Shown: piece by piece, positions 60,034 through 64,000 of the stretch
Numbering within the stretch: position 1 is the first letter of the stretch
Layout of the letters: the number at the start of each line of letters is the position of its first letter
Assembly: GCA_963737065.1 (NCBI GenBank)
Contig: CAVTRC010000001.1
Span: 2,080,001-2,144,000 of the forward strand
Direction: 5' to 3'
DNA: 64,000 nt
Source: Candidatus Eremiobacteria bacterium
GTDB lineage: Bacteria > Vulcanimicrobiota > Vulcanimicrobiia > Vulcanimicrobiales > Vulcanimicrobiaceae
Position numbers and translations under genes: made by a program
The notes under the pieces: model-generated
Told to the model about the DNA's origin: nothing
The model's database searches: none
Seen by the model: the letters and a program-made list of their open reading frames with translations, nothing else

Positions 60034-61164
60034 ATGCTCGATCGTGTCGTTATTGCGCCGGACAAATTCAAGGGCAGTCTAACTGCTATGCAGGCCGCTC
60101 AAGCCATTCAACGCGGTGTATCGACCGCTGCGCCGGAGACGCAATGTCAATTGTGTCCGATGGCGGACGGCGGCGAAGGGACCGTCGACGTTTTTTTAGA
60201 GCGCGGCGCGCAGCGCCGTGTCGCGCGCGTTCGCGGGCCGCGCGGGGCTGCGATTGATGCGACGTTTGCTTTCACCGGTGACACGGCCGTGCTGGAAATG
60301 GCGAGCGCGTCGGGGCTCGCACTGCTCGAACCGTCGGAATACGATCCAACGCGGACCAACACGTTTGGTACCGGGGAACTCGTGCGTGCGGCACTCGATG
60401 CGCAAGCGCGGCATCTCATTATCGGTATCGGCGGTAGCGCGACGAATGACGCGGGGACCGGGATGCTCCGCGCGCTCGGTGTTCGATTCCTCGACGGGTC
60501 AGGTTGCGAAATCACCGATGCGATTCTTGCGTACGAACGGCTGCAATCGATCGATCTGCGAGGCATAGACGAGCGAATCGCTCGCGTGCGAATCGACGTC
60601 GCGGTTGACGTCGATAATCCGCTTTGCGGCGAGAACGGCGCGTCGCGAACGTTTGCTGCGCAGAAGGGAGCGACGCCGCAGGACATCAGAAAACTCGACC
60701 GGGTGCTCGCGCACATTGCCGACGTTGCAGAGCGCGAACTTCACCACGATTACCGCAACGCCCCGGGCGCCGGTGCAGCGGGAGGACTGGGTTTTGCGCT
60801 CGTCGCGTTCCTTGGTGCAAAACTCGAACCGGGCGTCGCGATCATCGCGCGGGAGTGCGGACTGGATGACCTATTGGACGACGCATCGCTCTGCGTGACG
60901 GGCGAAGGGAAGATCGATGCGCAAACGCTTCACGGAAAGGTGGTCGACGGTGTCGCAAAACTCGCCGCTGTGCGCGGCGTGCACGTCGTCGCTTTTGCCG
61001 GAGCGGTCGAAAAAGACGCCGCTGATACGCTGGCGGATCGAGGAGTTGACGTCGTACAGATCGGCCCGCCCGAAATGATGCCTGAGGAGTCAATCCGTTC
61101 CGCGTCGACGTTGTTGCAATCTGCGGCAGCGGCGGCAACGCGACGCGTGTTAGCGGCGCGCTAG
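60034..61164 (+). CDS. glxK: Glycerate kinase
   Basis: IAPDKFKGSL, MADGGEGT, GIGGSATNDAG, GAGAAGG, TGEGKID.QTLHGK. Confidence 0.93.
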   Translation: MLDRVVIAPDKFKGSLTAMQAAQAIQRGVSTAAPETQCQLCPMADGGEGTVDVFLERGAQRRVARVRGPRGAAIDATFAFTGDTAVLEMASASGLALLEPSEYDPTRTNTFGTGELVRAALDAQARHLIIGIGGSATNDAGTGMLRALGVRFLDGSGCEITDAILAYERLQSIDLRGIDERIARVRIDVAVDVDNPLCGENGASRTFAAQKGATPQDIRKLDRVLAHIADVAERELHHDYRNAPGAGAAGGLGFALVAFLGAKLEPGVAIIARECGLDDLLDDASLCVTGEGKIDAQTLHGKVVDGVAKLAAVRGVHVVAFAGAVEKDAADTLADRGVDVVQIGPPEMMPEESIRSASTLLQSAAAAATRRVLAAR

Positions 61165-61544
61165 CTTTCCTTCGTTCGCGAATCCATTCGCCTGAGCGTC
61201 TCTGCTAAGACGACGGCTTGATTGTACTCTCGATCTTTCGCGCCGAAGACAAGCGTGATCGTGCGCGATTTGGCGGCAAGCCGCAAAATAGCGCGCAACC
61301 CTTCACGGGTGTCGGGATCGCGCAATTCTTCTTGGTAACGCGTCTTGAATTCCGGCCATCGACTCGGGTCGTGCGCGAACCATTTGCGCAGGCTCGTGCT
61401 TGGCGCAACGTCTTTCGCCCAAAGCTTCAGGTGAAGATCTTCCTTGCTCACGCCGCGCGGCCACACGCGATCGACGAGTACGCGCACGCCGTCGCCTTTC
61501 TCGACCGGATCGTATGCGCGTTTAATCCGAATCGTGTGCTTCAC
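61161..61544 (-). CDS. DUF488 (YeaO-like) protein
   Basis: IKRAYD, RVLVDRVWPRGVSKE, APSTSLRKWF.HDP. Confidence 0.92.
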   Translation of the reverse strand: MKHTIRIKRAYDPVEKGDGVRVLVDRVWPRGVSKEDLHLKLWAKDVAPSTSLRKWFAHDPSRWPEFKTRYQEELRDPDTREGLRAILRLAAKSRTITLVFGAKDREYNQAVVLAETLRRMDSRTKES

Positions 61545-61675
61545 CGTCTCAAGGTATCCTCGTTATGGCCTCAGCGGCCGGGGCGGCGTTGAGGCGGGCG
61601 CGAACAGTAGGTCGTTTGGCGTTCATCCCGGTATTGATTGCTTCATACGCTGCGGCGTGAGCGAAGGAGTTTGGC

Positions 61676-62140
61676 TTGACTTGGATGCCGCGTCCGGGCA
61701 TTGATTCGATCGACGACGTCGTTTGGCTGCCGCGAATGATTGACAAGGCGCGCCGGGTGGAGCAACTCGGAAATGGTACGCGTCTCGTCGATGGATACTG
61801 CTACGGCGATAACGACTTCATCGACAGCAAAGTCTTACGATTTTTGCGTACCGACGATCGAACGGTGTCGGAGATCGTTCGGACGCATCCCGAAGACGAT
61901 GAAGCGGCACGTATCATCATAGAGCGCAGCGGGCGCACGCCGGACGAATGTCGTGAGTTCAGTAGATCCATCACGCGAACGTTCCAAAACTTCGCACTCA
62001 TGGCCGCAGACGAAGGCACGTTACCGCCCGGTTTCAAGACGTCGGCGCTTCGTTTCTTTTACAATCGCCTGATGATGCCGATCGCATATTCGGCGTTCCG
62101 GCGTGCCGAGCAGAAGCGTCGTTCGACAAAGAGAGAATGA
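61676..62140 (+). CDS. DUF5069-like protein
   Basis: WLPRMIDKAR..Y.YG..D..VLRFL. Confidence 0.65.
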   Translation: MTWMPRPGIDSIDDVVWLPRMIDKARRVEQLGNGTRLVDGYCYGDNDFIDSKVLRFLRTDDRTVSEIVRTHPEDDEAARIIIERSGRTPDECREFSRSITRTFQNFALMAADEGTLPPGFKTSALRFFYNRLMMPIAYSAFRRAEQKRRSTKRE

Positions 62141-62156
62141 CGGCACCGTCGGCGGA

Positions 62157-62825
62157 TTAGCACTTACGCGTGAGGTTGTATTGGCCGCTCAGGTGCTTGC
62201 CGTCCGATGAAAGTTTCTCGCTGTGATTGCCATAGTACGTCAGCGTCGCCGTGAGCCCACTCAGCGCCCAGTTGCCGGAAACGCCGTCGCTCGCTTCGAG
62301 ACCGCCGTTTCCGTCCAGCTTCATCGTAAGAGAAGGATCGCTATCCGACTGCCATGTGCCGGCAAGGCTTTGCGTGTTGCATCCGGTGGGAACGACGACC
62401 GGTGTGGGTGTCGGTAACGGCTTTTGCCCTTTGCCGGAAAAGTTGTGCGCGAGGTCGAGGCACAAACTGTCGGCATCGTAGGGACTGTTTGGCGTTTCTA
62501 CCGCGCAGGTGAACGTTACGGCATAGCCTTTACCTGACGGAAAGCAATGGATCGTCCCCGCTGCAGCGTTCGCAGATTGTCCCGTTCCGCCGATCGGACC
62601 GGTCGCGACGTACTCATGACTTCCCGACGCGGATTCCGCCGGGTTTTGAAGATATTTGCTGAGCGCCGCCTGCGCCTTTGTGCCGCATTCGTCGAGCCTG
62701 CCCGTCGGAATCACGTAGCGAATGCCGGTCGAAAGATCGACGGCTGCGGGCGCAACCGTACCGCTCGCGACGATACACGAAAGAAGAAGAACGGCGAAGA
62801 GTGCACGATGTCTGCCTAATGCCAT
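62157..62825 (-). CDS. Secreted Cys-rich hypothetical protein (paralog B)
   Basis: Signal peptide, 4-Cys domain shared with the neighbour, PTPTP linker, small C-terminal beta domain LAGTWQS. Confidence 0.7.
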   Translation of the reverse strand: MALGRHRALFAVLLLSCIVASGTVAPAAVDLSTGIRYVIPTGRLDECGTKAQAALSKYLQNPAESASGSHEYVATGPIGGTGQSANAAAGTIHCFPSGKGYAVTFTCAVETPNSPYDADSLCLDLAHNFSGKGQKPLPTPTPVVVPTGCNTQSLAGTWQSDSDPSLTMKLDGNGGLEASDGVSGNWALSGLTATLTYYGNHSEKLSSDGKHLSGQYNLTRKC

Positions 62826-63238
62826 GACGGAACTCCACTCACCGCGCCTGCCGTCGCAGCATTGAATGCGGTCGTGATTTTCGTGCACAACGCATTGGCG
62901 GAATCCGCGTTCGGCGGCACCTGTACCGCACAGGTAAACCCGGTGTGGTATCCGCCGGCATCCGGATGACATTCGATCACCGCGGTTGCGGCGATCGACC
63001 CTTCAAGCTTTTGGACGCCGACCCATTCGCCCGAACCGCTCGCCGTTTCGTTCGCATCCTGCATGACGCTTGTGAGCGCATTCTTGGCGCGCGTCTCGCA
63101 GTCGCTGAACGGCTTGTTCGTAACGGATGCTTGCGGGGCGACGACGAGATCCAGTGCGGCGCTTGCAGGCAAACTGGCAAGGCCGACGTTCAGCGCGAAC
63201 GCACCGATTATAAGCGCGCCGCGATAGCGGGAGATCAT
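62816..63238 (-). CDS. Secreted Cys-rich hypothetical protein (paralog A)
   Basis: Signal peptide ending ASA. 4-Cys domain with FTCAV. Confidence 0.7.
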   Translation of the reverse strand: MISRYRGALIIGAFALNVGLASLPASAALDLVVAPQASVTNKPFSDCETRAKNALTSVMQDANETASGSGEWVGVQKLEGSIAATAVIECHPDAGGYHTGFTCAVQVPPNADSANALCTKITTAFNAATAGAVSGVPSWH

Positions 63239-63275
63239 AATGCTGGCGGACCCTCCTTGATCCGGGGATTTTGCG

Positions 63276-64000
63276 CTATGGGCCTCCTCGTCCCGCCGTC
63301 GCTCCGAAGACTTGTCCGGTCGAATAACTCGTTGTGTCAGCCGCGAGTGTCACGTAGAGCGGCGCGAGTTCCGCCGGTTGTCCCGCGCGTTTATACGGCG
63401 TATTTGCGCCGAACTGCGGAAGCGCGGACGTGGGTTGGCCGCCGCTGACCTGCAGCGGCGTCCAAATCGGGCCGGGTGCAACGGCGTTCACGCGGATGCC
63501 CTTCGGTGCGAGTTGCTTGGCGAGTGCCTTCGTCCACGCGACAATAGCTGCTTTCGTCGACGCGTAGTCGAGAAGATTCTCACCGGGCTCGTATGCTTCG
63601 ACCGATGCGGTGTTGATGACGCTGGAACCCGGTCCCATATGCGCGACGGCAGCCTTCGTGATCCAAAACATCGCGTAGATATTCGTCTTGAACGTCCAAT
63701 CGAACAGTTCGGTCGTCAGTTCATCCAATGAGTCGAGCGAATGTTGTCGTGCCGCGTTGCTAACGAGAATGTCCAATCCACCCATGCGTTGCGCCGCCGT
63801 GTCGACTAAACGGCGGCAGAACGCTTCTTCCCGGATGTCGCCCGGAATCGCAACCGCGTTGCGTCCTGCTTCACGAACCAATTGCGCGACTTCTTGTGCG
63901 TCGGGTTCTTCAGCCGGAAGGTAATTGATTGCCACGTCTGCACCTTCGCGTGCGAATGCGATTGCCACCGCCCGTCCGATTCCGGAATCGCCTCCCGTGA
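63276..64000 (-). CDS. SDR oxidoreductase (YghA-like), 5' end outside the window
   Basis: TGGDSGIG at the window end, YASTK, GIRVNAVAPGPIWTPL. Confidence 0.92.
   Translation of the reverse strand, partial: TGGDSGIGRAVAIAFAREGADVAINYLPAEEPDAQEVAQLVREAGRNAVAIPGDIREEAFCRRLVDTAAQRMGGLDILVSNAARQHSLDSLDELTTELFDWTFKTNIYAMFWITKAAVAHMGPGSSVINTASVEAYEPGENLLDYASTKAAIVAWTKALAKQLAPKGIRVNAVAPGPIWTPLQVSGGQPTSALPQFGANTPYKRAGQPAELAPLYVTLAADTTSYSTGQVFGATAGRGGP

Overview
High-GC bacterial chromosomal window. Gene style suggests a Terrabacteria-type lineage such as Eremiobacterota/Vulcanimicrobiota, but this is inference only. The first 22 kb hold a strongly reduced, flagellum-derived type III export cluster: mini-FlgB, FlgC, FliE, FliF fused to a FliG middle-domain fragment, FliH, FliI, a lytic transglycosylase, a tandem aspartyl protease, FliK-like, FlgG/F-like, FliM-like, FliN, FliP, FliQ, FliR, FlhB and FlhA. 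The export gate motifs are intact, but no hook, filament, stator, L/P ring, FliG torque domain or chemotaxis input is visible. Between fliP and fliQ lie metF, an ArsR regulator and a minus-strand block encoding a TIR-STAND-TPR protein, a beta-propeller lipoprotein and a SLOG-SLATT-like membrane protein, together a candidate nucleotide-signalling defence module. The rest is mainly housekeeping and accessory genes: secD, secF, a HIRAN-RecQ-like helicase at the usual recJ position, apt, rel, an RND pump, rpsF-ssb, a repeat-bounded remnant with a broken hsdM, peptidases and regulators. Other signals are many -10 boxes exactly 6 nt before start codons, palindromes at two export-cluster promoters, and a short palindromic element inserted in frame in two genes. 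Frameshifts cluster at about 39.7-47.4 kb and may be sequencing errors. No tRNA, rRNA or CRISPR array was recognised. All family calls come from motif recognition by eye, not database searches.
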